A stretch of 64,000 bases of DNA from an uncultured Phycisphaerales bacterium. GTDB lineage: Bacteria > Planctomycetota > Phycisphaerae > Tepidisphaerales > Tepidisphaeraceae. Under the pieces are notes generated by a model, which was not told the DNA's origin, made no database searches, and saw nothing but the letters and a program-made list of their open reading frames with translations. The position numbers and the translations under genes were made by a program. The stretch spans positions 480,001-544,000 of the forward strand of contig CAWJPJ010000006.1 of assembly GCA_963844715.1 (NCBI GenBank), written 5' to 3'. Every line of letters begins with the position of its first letter. Position 1 is the first letter of the stretch. Below, one piece after another: positions 10,370-20,990 of this stretch.

Positions 10370-11399
10370 TAGAGCATTTCCCAAATTAAACTAGCGGCTG
10401 GCGGTAACCGCAATGGCGGAAAAATCCCGCGGCATCTTCGGTCGTAACGGCGTCCATTGCCGCGAACACAGCCCGGACCAAGGTGTCGAACGTTCTGGGC
10501 TCCGCCGAGCGGATCAGTTGCTTCGCTTTGCTCCACATCATCTCGATCGGATTCAAATCCGGCGAGTAGGGTGGCAGCAACCACAGTTCGCAGCCGGCGG
10601 CTTCGATCAGGCGTCGCACTTCTGAATGTTTGTGCGGCTGCAAATTGTCCATCACCACGATGTCCCCGCTTCGCAGGCTGGGCACGAGCGCTTCACGCAC
10701 CCAGGCGACAAAAACATCGCTGTCCATCGCCCCTTGAACAATCGCGCCGGCGGTCGCGCCGTCGAGCCGAACCGCGGCGATCATGGTGGTCGTGCTCCAG
10801 TGTCCGGCCGGGGTCTTGCACAACAACCGTTCGCCGCGGCCGCACCGGCCACGCAATCGGGTGAAGTTCGTCTTGGCCCCGGATTCATCCACAAAAACAA
10901 GACGCTCGGGATCGACGTCCTTCAGCCGCCGACGCCACTGCGTCCGCGCGGCGGCGACGTCGGGCCGATCCTGCTCGGACGCGTGGAGAGACTTTTTTTA
11001 AAGGAGAGGCCCAGCTTCCTGAGCCAACGGTCGACCGTCGACAGCGACACGTCCAGCGCCAACTTCTCTTTGATCTCGTTGAGCGTGGCATCCGGCCGGG
11101 CGGCCACGAACCGACTCAAACGAGTCTTCAACTCGCCGGTCAACTTCCCCTTGCGGCCACGAAGATGAAGCAGCGGTTCGGCCGTCCCCCGTTCACGTTC
11201 ATCCTGTCGCACGCGGCGGACGGCCGACTCGCATCGGCCGAAGATCGCGGAAATCTCCTTCGTGCCTTTGCCGGCACGATACGCCGACATGATCCATCGA
11301 CGGGTCAGAGCGGTTTGCGATGCCATGGCAACCTCCTTGTTGAATCGGAGATTAGCAAAACAGCATCGATGGCGCTAGTTTAAAATGGGAAATGCTCTA
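10370..11399 (-). mobile_element. IS630-family insertion sequence, complete
   Basis: TA at 10370-71 and 11398-99; 25-bp terminal IRs GAGCATTTCCCA..TTAAACTAGCG (23/25). Confidence 0.93.
10386..11326 (-). CDS. IS630 transposase (HTH OrfA plus DDE OrfB joined at an A7 slippery site)
   Basis: LGLSFKK at TTTAAAAAAAG; FVDES, VVMDNL..HK, LPPYSPDLNPIE. Confidence 0.93.
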
Positions 11400-11400
11400 G

Positions 11401-11450
11401 TCATTCAGTTATTCGGATTTGATTCGGGTTTCTGGTTTCTGGTTTCGGCC
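11401..11450. repeat. 7-bp-period repeat tract (TTCGGAT/TTCTGGT type)
   Basis: ATTCGGATTTGATTCGGGTTTCTGGTTTCTGGTTTCGG; related copy at 15339-15400. Confidence 0.7.
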
Positions 11451-11499
11451 TTAAGCCTAATTTTTCTCCCTCCCCACGGAAACCTTCCGATAAAAGAAT

Positions 11500-13239
11500 G
11501 TGGCTCATCCCAGCATCCAAAGGGCGATCCGTCTTCACGAATCCGGCGATTTGGCCGGCGCGGAGTCGGCGTATCTCGCCTTGCTGAAATCCAGGCCAGA
11601 CGATCCCACGGCCCAGCACTACCTGGGCATGATCCTCCACCAGCGCGGCAAATCCGAAGAGGGGCTGCATCTGGTGCGCCGTTCCTTGGCCGCTGCGGGG
11701 GCCGTGCCTGATTTTCACTGCAACCTCGCCGTCATTCTTCGCGATATGGGGCGGCCTGATGACGCGATTGCCGCCCTCTGCCGCGCCATTCGGCTCAGGC
11801 CCAAATATCCGGAAGCGCTGACCAACCTCGGCGACTGCCTGCGCTTGGTCGGCAAGCTCGACGAGGCGCGGCAGGTTCTGGGGCAATCGATCGAAATCTC
11901 ACCCACGCCCGGGGCCGTCGATAATCTGGCGATGGTTTGCATCGACGAGCAGAAATGGACCGAGGCTCAGGAGCTTTGCAAGCAGAGCCTGGACCTGGAT
12001 GGGCAAAATGTCACGCCGTACAAGAATCTCGGCCGCTGTCTTCGCGGCGGCGGCGATATCGCCGGCTCGATCCAGGCCTGGCAGCAGGCGATTCGAGTCA
12101 AGCCCAATGACGCCGAGGCGTGGTTTGGCCTCGCCGACGCCCAGCGCGCCGCAGGAATTTTATCCACGGCACTGAACTCCTACGAAAAAGCCGATTCGCT
12201 CCGCCCCAACTGGCTTGAGCTTCTGAACAATTATCTGGCGACGTTGATCGATACGGCAAAGATCGATCGCGCGATTGAAGTCGGCCGCCGCGCCGTCCGC
12301 GCTGCTCCGGCTTCCGATGAACTCCGATATAACTTTTCCCTCGCGCTGCTTTCCGCCGGCCAATTTCAGGCCGGCTGGGAATTTTACGAATCGCGGTGGA
12401 AATGCGACGGATATGCGGGGTCGCTGCCGCCGCTGCCGCAGCCCATGTGGGATGGGCGCGATCCGGGCGGCAAGACAATTTTGCTGCGGGCTGAGCAAGG
12501 TTGCGGCGACGCGATTCAATTCGCGCGATATATTCCGCTGCTCGCCAAGAGAGGCGCGAATGTCATCTTGCAATGTCAGGCGGAGTTGACGGATTTGCTC
12601 AGCACCGTACCCGGCATTGGGCGCGTCGTCAGCCGGGACGAGGAACCGGGCGAATTCGATTTCCACCTCCCCCTGCTGTCAACGGCTCTGAGATTCGGAA
12701 CCACCCCGCAGACGATTCCCGCTTCAATCCCGTATCTCTACGCGGACCCAGGCCGGCTCGCCAAATGGTCCGATCGTCTTTCCGACTTGCGCGGATTCAA
12801 GTGCGGATTGGTCTGGGCCGGCAATCCAATCCACCCCAACGACAGGAATCGCTCACTTCCGATCAGTGCATTGGGTGAGCTTTTCAAACTCAGCGGCGTG
12901 GAATTCATCTCTTTACAGAAATCAATCGCCCCGCCGCCGGGAGTTCAAAGTATCGCCGAAGAATTACACGATTTCGCCGACACGGCGGCCGCGCTGTCGC
13001 AGCTCGATCTCCTGATCGCAGCCGACACGTCCGCCGCCCATCTCGCCGGCGCACTAGGAATGCCCGTCTGGACCCTGATCCCCTACGCCCCCGATTGGCG
13101 ATGGATGCACAAATCCGAAACCACGGCGTGGTACCCCAGCATGCGCCTGTTCCGGCAAACCACCCCGGGCGATTGGGCAGGCGTCATTCGCCGCGTCGCC
13201 GCGGAACTCAACGCCCGTACGAACCGAGCCGCCGCGTAA
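11500..13239 (+). CDS. TPR-repeat protein with C-terminal glycosyltransferase-like (GT9-related) domain
   Basis: Multiple TPRs, then YESRW, EQGCGDAIQFARY, GLVWAGNP, DTSAAHLAGALG, DWRW, WYPSMRLFRQ. Confidence 0.9.
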   Translation: MAHPSIQRAIRLHESGDLAGAESAYLALLKSRPDDPTAQHYLGMILHQRGKSEEGLHLVRRSLAAAGAVPDFHCNLAVILRDMGRPDDAIAALCRAIRLRPKYPEALTNLGDCLRLVGKLDEARQVLGQSIEISPTPGAVDNLAMVCIDEQKWTEAQELCKQSLDLDGQNVTPYKNLGRCLRGGGDIAGSIQAWQQAIRVKPNDAEAWFGLADAQRAAGILSTALNSYEKADSLRPNWLELLNNYLATLIDTAKIDRAIEVGRRAVRAAPASDELRYNFSLALLSAGQFQAGWEFYESRWKCDGYAGSLPPLPQPMWDGRDPGGKTILLRAEQGCGDAIQFARYIPLLAKRGANVILQCQAELTDLLSTVPGIGRVVSRDEEPGEFDFHLPLLSTALRFGTTPQTIPASIPYLYADPGRLAKWSDRLSDLRGFKCGLVWAGNPIHPNDRNRSLPISALGELFKLSGVEFISLQKSIAPPPGVQSIAEELHDFADTAAALSQLDLLIAADTSAAHLAGALGMPVWTLIPYAPDWRWMHKSETTAWYPSMRLFRQTTPGDWAGVIRRVAAELNARTNRAAA

Positions 13240-13291
13240 ATTGATTGATCGAAAACCGGCGCAAACCGCGAAGCAGAAAACACATTCATTC

Positions 13292-13421
13292 GAACCGCGG
13301 ATATCGTGGATGGGCGCGGATAAAATTCAAAATTCCATTATCCGGCGTTGCCTTTTATCCGCGCCCATCCGCGAAATCCGCGGTTAAATCTCCTATCTTC
13401 TCGGCGTTCTTGGCGGTTAAA
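13292..13421. repeat. 9-bp-period repeats in inverted arrangement between convergent genes
   Basis: AACCGCGGATATCGTGGATGGGCGCGGATAAAA ... TTTTATCCGCGCCCATCCGCGAAATCCGCGGTT, followed by CTCGGCGTTCTTGGCGGTT. Confidence 0.75.
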
Positions 13422-13438
13422 AATCACTGCCGACCTGA

Positions 13439-14116
13439 CTACAACGCCCGCACCAAATCCCGCCGAGCCTCTTTCACTCCCTCTGAGAGTCCCAGTTTCT
13501 CCCGAATCTCCCCCTGCACTGCATCCACAGATTGCGACCCATCCACGCTAACCGTCAATTCCTTCCTCCTGAACAAATCCAATATCGGCCGAGTCTTGCT
13601 GTGATAATCCGCCAGTCGATTCGCCACCGCCTGCGGATTATCATCCGCCCGCGAAGTAAGCTGCCCCCCGCACACATCGCACACCGTAGGATTCGCCGGC
13701 CGATGATAAATCAGGTTGTAATCCAACCCGCATCGCGAGCACAACCGCCGATTCAGCACCCGTTCCTTCACCGTTTCATCCGTCAACTCGATGTGAATGA
13801 CGGCGTCGATGTCGTAGCTTTCCAGAAAGAATTCCGCCTGCCGCCGATTGCGGGGAAATCCCTCGAGAATAAATCCAAAATTCCAGTCATGCTGATCCAG
13901 CCGCTGCGGCACGATCTCCTCGACGATATCATCCGACACCAATTCCCCCGCCGCCGTGATGCGCGAAATCCGCGCCGCCAGTTTCGTATGGCTCTGGATG
14001 TGCCACCGGAAAATATCCCCGACGCAGATATGCACCAGCCCCATCTCCTTGGCCAGCATCTTCGCCTGCGTCCCCTTCCCGCATCCCTGAATCCCCATGA
14101 TCACATATTTGTACAT
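13439..14116 (-). CDS. adk: Adenylate kinase
   Basis: GIQGCGKGTQA P-loop, GELVSD, GFPRN, zinc lid CSRC..CDVC, RADD. Confidence 0.92.
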   Translation of the reverse strand: MYKYVIMGIQGCGKGTQAKMLAKEMGLVHICVGDIFRWHIQSHTKLAARISRITAAGELVSDDIVEEIVPQRLDQHDWNFGFILEGFPRNRRQAEFFLESYDIDAVIHIELTDETVKERVLNRRLCSRCGLDYNLIYHRPANPTVCDVCGGQLTSRADDNPQAVANRLADYHSKTRPILDLFRRKELTVSVDGSQSVDAVQGEIREKLGLSEGVKEARRDLVRAL

Positions 14117-14178
14117 ATACAAACGCTCCAGCGCAGCGCATTCACAACCGGCCGGAATTTCCCACTTGATCAATCGAA

Positions 14179-15128
14179 TTAGTAAACGTGCGGCACAAAC
14201 GTCTGCGATTCCAGCGGCGGCCGTACATAATCCGGCGGCATCTTCGGCCTCTCCGGCAACACCGGCGGCTCCTTCGGCGTCAAATCCTGGTATGGGATCA
14301 AACTCAGCAGATGCCGGATGCAATTCAATCGCGCCGCCTTCTTGCAATCCGCCCGCACCACCCGCCATGGCGATTGCTTCGTATCCGTATGCGAGAACAT
14401 CGCATCCTTCGCCCGCGAATACTCCACCCACTTCGAGCGTGATTCGATATCCATCGGGCTCAGCTTCCAGCTTCGCGTCACATCGTGCAATCGCTGCTGG
14501 AACCGCTCCTCCTGCACCGCATCGCTCACGCTGAACCAGTATTTCACCAGCAAGATCCCCGACCGGATCAGCATATTCTCAAATTCCGGACAGCTTCTCA
14601 GAAATTCGCTGTACTCATCGTGGGTGCAGAACCCCATTACATGCTCAACCCCCGCGCGGTTGTACCAGCTCCGGTCGAACAGAACCATCTCCCCCGCACT
14701 AGGCAAATGTGGCACATACCGCTGAAAATACCAAGCCGTCTTCTCCCTTTCGCTGGGGCTCCCCAATGCCACGACCCTGCACACCCGCGGATTCAAGCTC
14801 TCCGTGATCCGCTTGATTACGCCCCCCTTCCCCGCCGCGTCGCGCCCTCAAAAATCACCACCACTTTCAACCCCTTGTGCTTGATCCACTGCTGCAATTT
14901 CACCAGTTCAATCTGCAGCTTGGCCAGTTCCTTCTCATATTTCCGATTCTTCATCTCCCGCAGTTCCGCCCGCAGATCCCCATGATGAATCGGCTCCAGC
15001 GCATGGGCCGGTTCGCCGCCCGCGGTAACTCGATCCCCCACCGGCATATCTCGATGCATCGGAAACCCCTCCCCGTTCGAATCCCCGTTTTCCAAATGCT
15101 TATTCTTTTTCTTCTTCTTGAGTTTCAT
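14179..15128 (-). CDS. ppk2: Polyphosphate kinase 2 (one frameshift near 14845)
   Basis: LQIELVKLQ, VIFEG, WYFQRY, FDRSWYNRAGVEHVMGFC, WKLSPMD. Confidence 0.93.
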
Positions 15129-15338
15129 AGCGCAGAATCCAATCCAGGATGTGAAGAGACAGCAAGCTAGGAGGCGGCGGGCTAAAAAAGCGGAGCCCAA
15201 GAGTTGGCTGATCTAAGCTCCGAAGTCGCGAAGCTTACAAATTCATTGCCCAAACACAACAAAATATTCGCAAACCAAAATAATTATTTGCCCCGGGCAA
15301 ACCCCACCCACCCCGCGCGCCCACAAAACCCCCCCGCC

Positions 15339-15400
15339 ATTCATTCTGATTTCTGGTTTCGGATTTGATTCGTTATTCGGATTTCCGGTTTCGGACTTTC
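15339..15400. repeat. 7-bp-period repeat tract
   Basis: ATTCTGATTTCTGGTTTCGGATTTGATTCGTTATTCGGATTTCCGGTTTCGGACTTT. Confidence 0.7.
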
Positions 15401-15525
15401 CCGCGCTCGCGCCAATCCCAGCATCTCCACAGGAAGAAACTGCACCCGTTCCCCCCGCGAAGCTGGTGTAGAACGCTGCACCGGAACCTCCCCCGCGCAC
15501 ACCCTCCCATGCAATCGGCCGGCCG

Positions 15526-16881
15526 TCACACCCTCCGCCGCCGCCGAATCAAAAGCCCCGCGCCACTTATTCCCAGCAAACACATCGACCCCGGCTCTGG
15601 AACCGTGCCAGCCTCAAAGTCTGTCAAGTACACGCCGTCGGCGTACGCGCCGGTCCCGTAATTCACCACAAAACTTCCGCTCCCGTCCGACGTTTCCAGG
15701 CGCTGACCATTCGCGACGTTCAGGAATGACCCCAGAACCGGGCCCATCGTGCAAGATACGGCTTCATAAGTGCTCGATGGGTTGATGTCCGCCAGAGCGC
15801 CGGGTTCGAGGGTGATCTCGTAGTCTCCTTCGAGTGTAAGAGTCGCATTAACCTGAATATATCTGGCCCCCAACGTCGTCAACTCGGTTTGCAGCGTCGC
15901 GCCGCTTGCCAGCGTCGTGGCATTATTGATGATCCCGCCGACACTCCCGTCGGTAATCGTTCCACCGCCGATTGTCAGCCCTGTGGAATCGTTCACAGTC
16001 CCGCCGTTAAGATTGAAGGTGCCGTTGTTCGTGAAGCTGGCCGTGTCGATATAAATCGGCACACTCCCGCCTTTCAGCAGCCCGTTATTGACGAAGGGAC
16101 AATCAATGATGAGGTCGTAATCGCCCGTCTGGTTCGTGCCGGCAATCGTCCCATTGTTGGTGAGCAAGAACGTCCCACTCACGCCGGTCCCATATGTCCA
16201 TGGCCCGGTAATCGTCGTCGTGGACCCAATCGTCGTGTTCGTTCCCGGGGCCAGCGTGGCGTACATCCCGGTGGTGAGATTCATGTTGTTAAGATTCGTT
16301 GTCCCCGGACAGCTCAGCTGACCGAAGAAAAGATCCAATGTCGCATTGTCCAGCGAAACCGTGTTCTCAAACGTGGAGTCCGGCAGATCGGTCACCGACA
16401 CCGTGCCCGAACCAGAAACGCTGACGTTGTTCAGTGTAAATTCATCACCGCTTGTGTCGAAACCAAACGTGCCGCCGTTGAGAGTCACGTTGGTATTGGA
16501 AAGCTCCGTGAGATTGCCCGCGCCGGCAAACGTGGAGCCACTGTCGACCGTTACGGTCCCGCCGGCGAATGCCGCGCTTTCGCCGAGGGTTAAATCCGAA
16601 TTGCCGCTCAGGACGACCGAGTCAACCGTCACCGCGGAGGAATCCGTCACCGTGACGGTTGATCCATTTGAAATTGTCGCCGCGTAATTTACGCCCGAAG
16701 GCGTGCCGTTATTCGGGAAATCCGGATTCGTCGACCACGATGACGCGGTCTGCCAATCGCCGCTGGTCGAGGTCCAGTTTGCCGTCGTATCCCCAAAGGA
16801 AGTCGTGCCCGAACCGACAACAGTACCCATGACGGCTACCACCGCCGCCGCGACCCATCGGCCTCGCCCTAAGCGAGACAT
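15526..16881 (-). CDS. PEP-CTERM sorting-signal surface protein (T/G/N-rich, beta-helix-like)
   Basis: Signal peptide; C-terminal VPEPGS, hydrophobic stretch and RRRRR. Confidence 0.9.
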   Translation of the reverse strand: MSRLGRGRWVAAAVVAVMGTVVGSGTTSFGDTTANWTSTSGDWQTASSWSTNPDFPNNGTPSGVNYAATISNGSTVTVTDSSAVTVDSVVLSGNSDLTLGESAAFAGGTVTVDSGSTFAGAGNLTELSNTNVTLNGGTFGFDTSGDEFTLNNVSVSGSGTVSVTDLPDSTFENTVSLDNATLDLFFGQLSCPGTTNLNNMNLTTGMYATLAPGTNTTIGSTTTITGPWTYGTGVSGTFLLTNNGTIAGTNQTGDYDLIIDCPFVNNGLLKGGSVPIYIDTASFTNNGTFNLNGGTVNDSTGLTIGGGTITDGSVGGIINNATTLASGATLQTELTTLGARYIQVNATLTLEGDYEITLEPGALADINPSSTYEAVSCTMGPVLGSFLNVANGQRLETSDGSGSFVVNYGTGAYADGVYLTDFEAGTVPEPGSMCLLGISGAGLLIRRRRRV

Positions 16882-17010
16882 GATTTTCCCTTCTCCTGGT
16901 CTCCGCTATCCCGACCCTCTGCGTCCCCCGCCATCCAGGCGGAATGCCGCTCATAAATTAACGTCGCCCACAGATTTTGAAAAGCAAAAACCCCCCGAAT
17001 ACCCCTCCTA

Positions 17011-17045
17011 AATCGTAATATTAATCATAATCTTAATCGTAATCC
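17011..17045. repeat. 6-bp-period tandem repeat (TAATCN-type)
   Basis: AATCGTAATATTAATCATAATCTTAATCGTAATC. Confidence 0.7.
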
Positions 17046-17224
17046 CTCCCACATCCGGATTTTGAAGGCGTCCCGTGCTCTCCTTTGGCAACCCCGTCAC
17101 TAAGGCCGCGTCCCCGCCTCGAAATCCGCCGCGCCAGCTCCACTGAATAACCCCTCCGCCACCGCCCCGCGCTCTTCTTCCCTGCATGCATCAGCCTTTT
17201 CGTCGCAACCCAACTCCCCATCGC

Positions 17225-19134
17225 TTATTTCCGAAGCGCTTGCAGAAAAGCCGCCCCGTATTTTTTTATCTTGTACGGGCCCATGCCTTTTATCTGCGAC
17301 AAACCCTCTTCGTCGGCGGGAACTTCGACAGCCAGACGCTTCAGCACCGAATCGTGACAAATGACATACGCCGGCAGCGACGCATCCCGCGCGATTTGCG
17401 ACCGCAACGTCCGTAAAAGCTCGAACCGCCTTGCGGCGTCGGGATCGGCGTCCACATCCGGATCGACCGCCCGTCTGCGCGAACGCGCTGCGAATCGATC
17501 TCGCTATCGGCGTTCGCCCTCCGCCGCGGCACGAGATCTTCCAGGCTCGCCGGCGGCGTGTGCTCGCCCTTCATGACGGCGGCCCCCGTCGCCGTCAGTT
17601 CAACCACCGGGCGGAACTTTGTGCCGTCGGCGTCGCGCTGGCGAGCCAGCCCGCTTTCCAGCATCCGGTGCAACATCGCAATCACGCGCTTGATGGACGC
17701 ACCGCGCAACAGGCCGAACGTCGAAAGCCCCTGGAGATTCCATTTGCGGGTGCGCTCGTTTTCGGTTCCCGCCAGCATCTCGGCCACGAGTCCGACGCCG
17801 AATTTTCCGTTGCAGCGGGCGATGCCGGAAAGAATCTTGCGGATCAGTTCGATCAGCTCATCCGAAACGGCCGCCTGGCCCTGGGGAACATCAGCCGCCT
17901 CTTCGCCCGCACAGACGTCGCAGCGGCATTGTTCGATCGGCGTCGGATCTCCAAAATAATCCAGGATCATCTGCCGGCGGCAGCGGCGCGTGGAGGCGTA
18001 TTGGATCATCAATTCCAGCTTCCGCTGAGCGTTTTCCTTCCGGCGGCCGAGGAGGGCCTGATCGATCTGCGGATTTTCCTCCCCAAGCTTGTCGATGAAG
18101 AATTCCTGGGTGTGCCGGTCCTGATAGCTGAATAGAATCGCGCACCGCGCCGGCTGCCCATCGCGCCCCGCCCGCCCCGCTTCCTGGTAGTACGCCTCCA
18201 GCGTCCCCGGAATGTTGTAATGCACGACCAGACGGATGTCCGGCTTGTTGATCCCCATCCCAAAGGCGTTGGTCGCGACAGCGATCGCCCCATCCGTCTG
18301 CATGAACCGATCCTGATTGCCCGTGCGCGTCCCAGCATCCAGCCCCGCGTGATACGGAACGACCAGCCGGCCGCGAAATGATTTGGATAACCCTTCGGAA
18401 ACTTCATCCACAGCCCGCCGAGTCGCGGCATAGACGATGCAACTCCCCGGCTCCGCGCCAAGCATCTCCAGAAGCATCCCCTCTTTCTCCACGACCTTCG
18501 TCACCCGGCGCGATTCATATCGCAACGTCGGACGATCGAATCCCGTCACCACCACCGTCGGATCGTTCAGCTCCAGTTGCGTAATGATGTCATTGCGAAC
18601 GTCCTCGGTAGCAGTCGCCGTCAGGGCGATCGTCGGCGGCATCCCCATCAGCCGCCGCGCCTCCCCCAGCCGGGCGTATTCCGGCCGAAAATCATGCCCC
18701 CACTGGCTGATGCAATGGGCCTCATCCACGGCCAGAAGCCGCGGATTTAATTTCCGCAGCACAGGCTCAAATTGCGCCGAAAAAATGCGCTCCGGCGCAA
18801 CGTAGAGTAATCCGGAAAACCCATCCTGCAATTCCGCGATGACCTGCCTCTGCAAACTGGCCGACAGCGAACTGTTCAGCAGCACGGCCGGCACGTCCTC
18901 ATCCCGCAATTGCTGAACCTGATCCTCCATGAGCGAGATCAAAGGCGAGACGACGATGGTGAGTCCCTCGCCCACCGCCGCCGGAAGTTGATAGCAAAGG
19001 CTCTTGCCCGCCCCCGTCGGCATGACGCAGAGCACATCCCGGCCGGAAAGGACATCTTCGATGACTTCCCGCTGGGCGGGGCGGAAATCGTCCAAGCCGA
19101 AGATTTCTTGAAGTTGATCGCGGAGGTCGGGCAT
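17225..19134 (-). CDS. recQ: RecQ-family DNA helicase with RQC and HRDC domains (frameshift near 17460)
   Basis: MPTGAGKSLCYQLP, VDEAHCISQWGHDFRP, YYQEAGRAGRDG, CRR..YF; HRDC LPAYVICHD. Confidence 0.95.
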
Positions 19135-19148
19135 GTTCGTGGTTTGCA

Positions 19149-19744
19149 TTATACGGAGGACGATGCCGCCGGTGGAGTTGCGCGCGCCCGATTGATCCCC
19201 TCGTCCAGAGCATCGACGACTCTTGAGATAAGTTTCCATGACTTACCGGTCATAGCGCGATGCATAACCCGACCGGATTGAACCAATTCCAGTTCTCCGA
19301 CATAGGTAAAGATAAGCCACGACCTGATTTTTCGTTTCCGAACGTTGATGTCGGGTTCGATTGGAAATTCACTGAGCGGCTTGATCTTCGACGGTTCCCA
19401 AAACATAATCTTGTTGCCTTCGACGGCAAATGTCGGACGAATCCGCCTCTGTCTAAACCGCCGGAGCGATCTAACCGCACCGAACGCAGAAAACGCCCCT
19501 ATAACTAACCAGAACCCCACCTTTAGGACATCTTCAACCGAACGCACGAATCCATCAATATCGACGTGCAGGATCAACGCAAAAATGACCACACAAGCGC
19601 CAGCGCACCGCTCAATGCCGCCAGAAGTGCCCATCCGCGCGACTCCCCGAGCAGCGTGACTCTTACCCCTTCCTGCGTAGGTTCAATTAAAATCCCCTTT
19701 TCCGAACTCGGGCCTGCATAAGACAATACTGTGTTCTGTCGCAT
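19149..19744 (-). CDS. Membrane hypothetical protein (5' part probably frameshifted)
   Basis: ORF 19149-19634 has two hydrophobic helices; probable start at 19744 directly after the AAA ATPase stop. Confidence 0.45.
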
Positions 19745-19751
19745 CGAATCT

Positions 19752-20873
19752 TTAGGCCGCCGATTGCGCCCATTCCCTCAGCCGATGCAACGTCTCTTGA
19801 GAAACCGATTTCGTGGTATCGCGAATCGCCGTCCGAATCGCCTCATCAGTAATGTTATGCTCCTCCCCCGTCACGCTTTTGAGAAACGGAATCACTGCCG
19901 CCCGGTCGCAGATATATTTGATATCCGCCCCGCTGTACCCGTCCAGCGTCTCCGCCAGCGCGTCCAGATTCACGTCCGCCGCGATCGGCCGATGCGATAG
20001 ATACATTTCCAGCATTTTCCGCCGCGCCGCCAGGTCCGGCAGCGGAATATAAATCTTCTCATCAAACCGACCGGGTCTGAGAACAGCCGGGTCCAATTGC
20101 CACGGGACGTTCGTTGCCCCCATAAACAGAATCGAGTTGCTTTCCGACTTATCAAACCCCTCCATCCCCTGAAGAATCTGCGGCACGACGCGCTGCATGA
20201 CGCTCGAGCCTTCGTCCCGCCTTGCCGGAATCAGCGATTCGATTTCGTCGATGAAAATGATGCTGCGCGGCTGGCTCGCGGCGGCGGCGAATAATTTCTG
20301 GATGTTCTGTTCCGCCTCGCCGACCCATTTGCTGAGCATGTCGGCGGCGGAGACGCGAAAGAACGCGGCGTCGATCTCGCCGGCGGTGGCGCGGGCGAGC
20401 ATGGTTTTTCCGGTTCCCGGCGGCCATAAAGGAGGACCCCGCCGCCGCCGCGAATGCCGAATTTCTTAGCTAAGTCCGCGTGCGCGAACGGGTAGATCAT
20501 CTTCAGCCGGATTTCGTGCTTCACTTCGTCCAGGCCCGCGACGTCATCGAGCCGAAGCTTCGGCCGATCTTTAACCAGCCAGTTTTGTGCCGACGCCGCC
20601 CCCGAATCGCTCGAATCCGCCGCCGACATCGCCGGGCGGGCCGGGCGCTTCTGCTCGCGGGCGGTTTTGCAGTCGCGCGCCAGCTCCAATAGTCGCTCGG
20701 CCATCTCCTGCCGGGCCTGGCGAAGCTCCGGCGTCTGGGCCCCGCGGCTCAATTGAGTCATCGCTCGGGCCGCTTCCAGGAGATAAATCCTGCGCCGATT
20801 CCCACTGCCCCCCGCGCCGGGCGTCCAGCCCTTTTTGCCGATAACGCTCAAACGTATCCCACGAAACCGTCAT
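19752..20873 (-). CDS. AAA+ ATPase with N-terminal MIT-like three-helix domain (Vps4/CdvC-like; two frameshifts)
   Basis: Joined frames give DDVAGLDEVK, LLYG(PP)GTGKT, SKWVGEAE, IIFIDE, GATNVPWQLD, RPGRFD. Confidence 0.85.
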
Positions 20874-20990
20874 GCAAAGATTGTAGCAAATTCGAAGAAG
20901 TGGAAAGCGGCCTCGGAAAGCCCTCTTTTTTTGCATTTTTGCCCGGATGCTCCATAATTCGATTCCGGACGGCACTCATCGGAGGAATTT

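Noticed and set aside
13439..14431. 330-aa adenylate kinase with long N-terminal extension
   Set aside because: The extension overlaps ppk2 in another frame; the kinase fold begins at 14116
17050..17224. Riboswitch or small gene upstream of the PEP-CTERM gene
   Set aside because: A GGGACGC word resembles c-di-GMP-I, but the GAAA tetraloop stem and GCAAA context are missing; the short ORFs show no recognisable features
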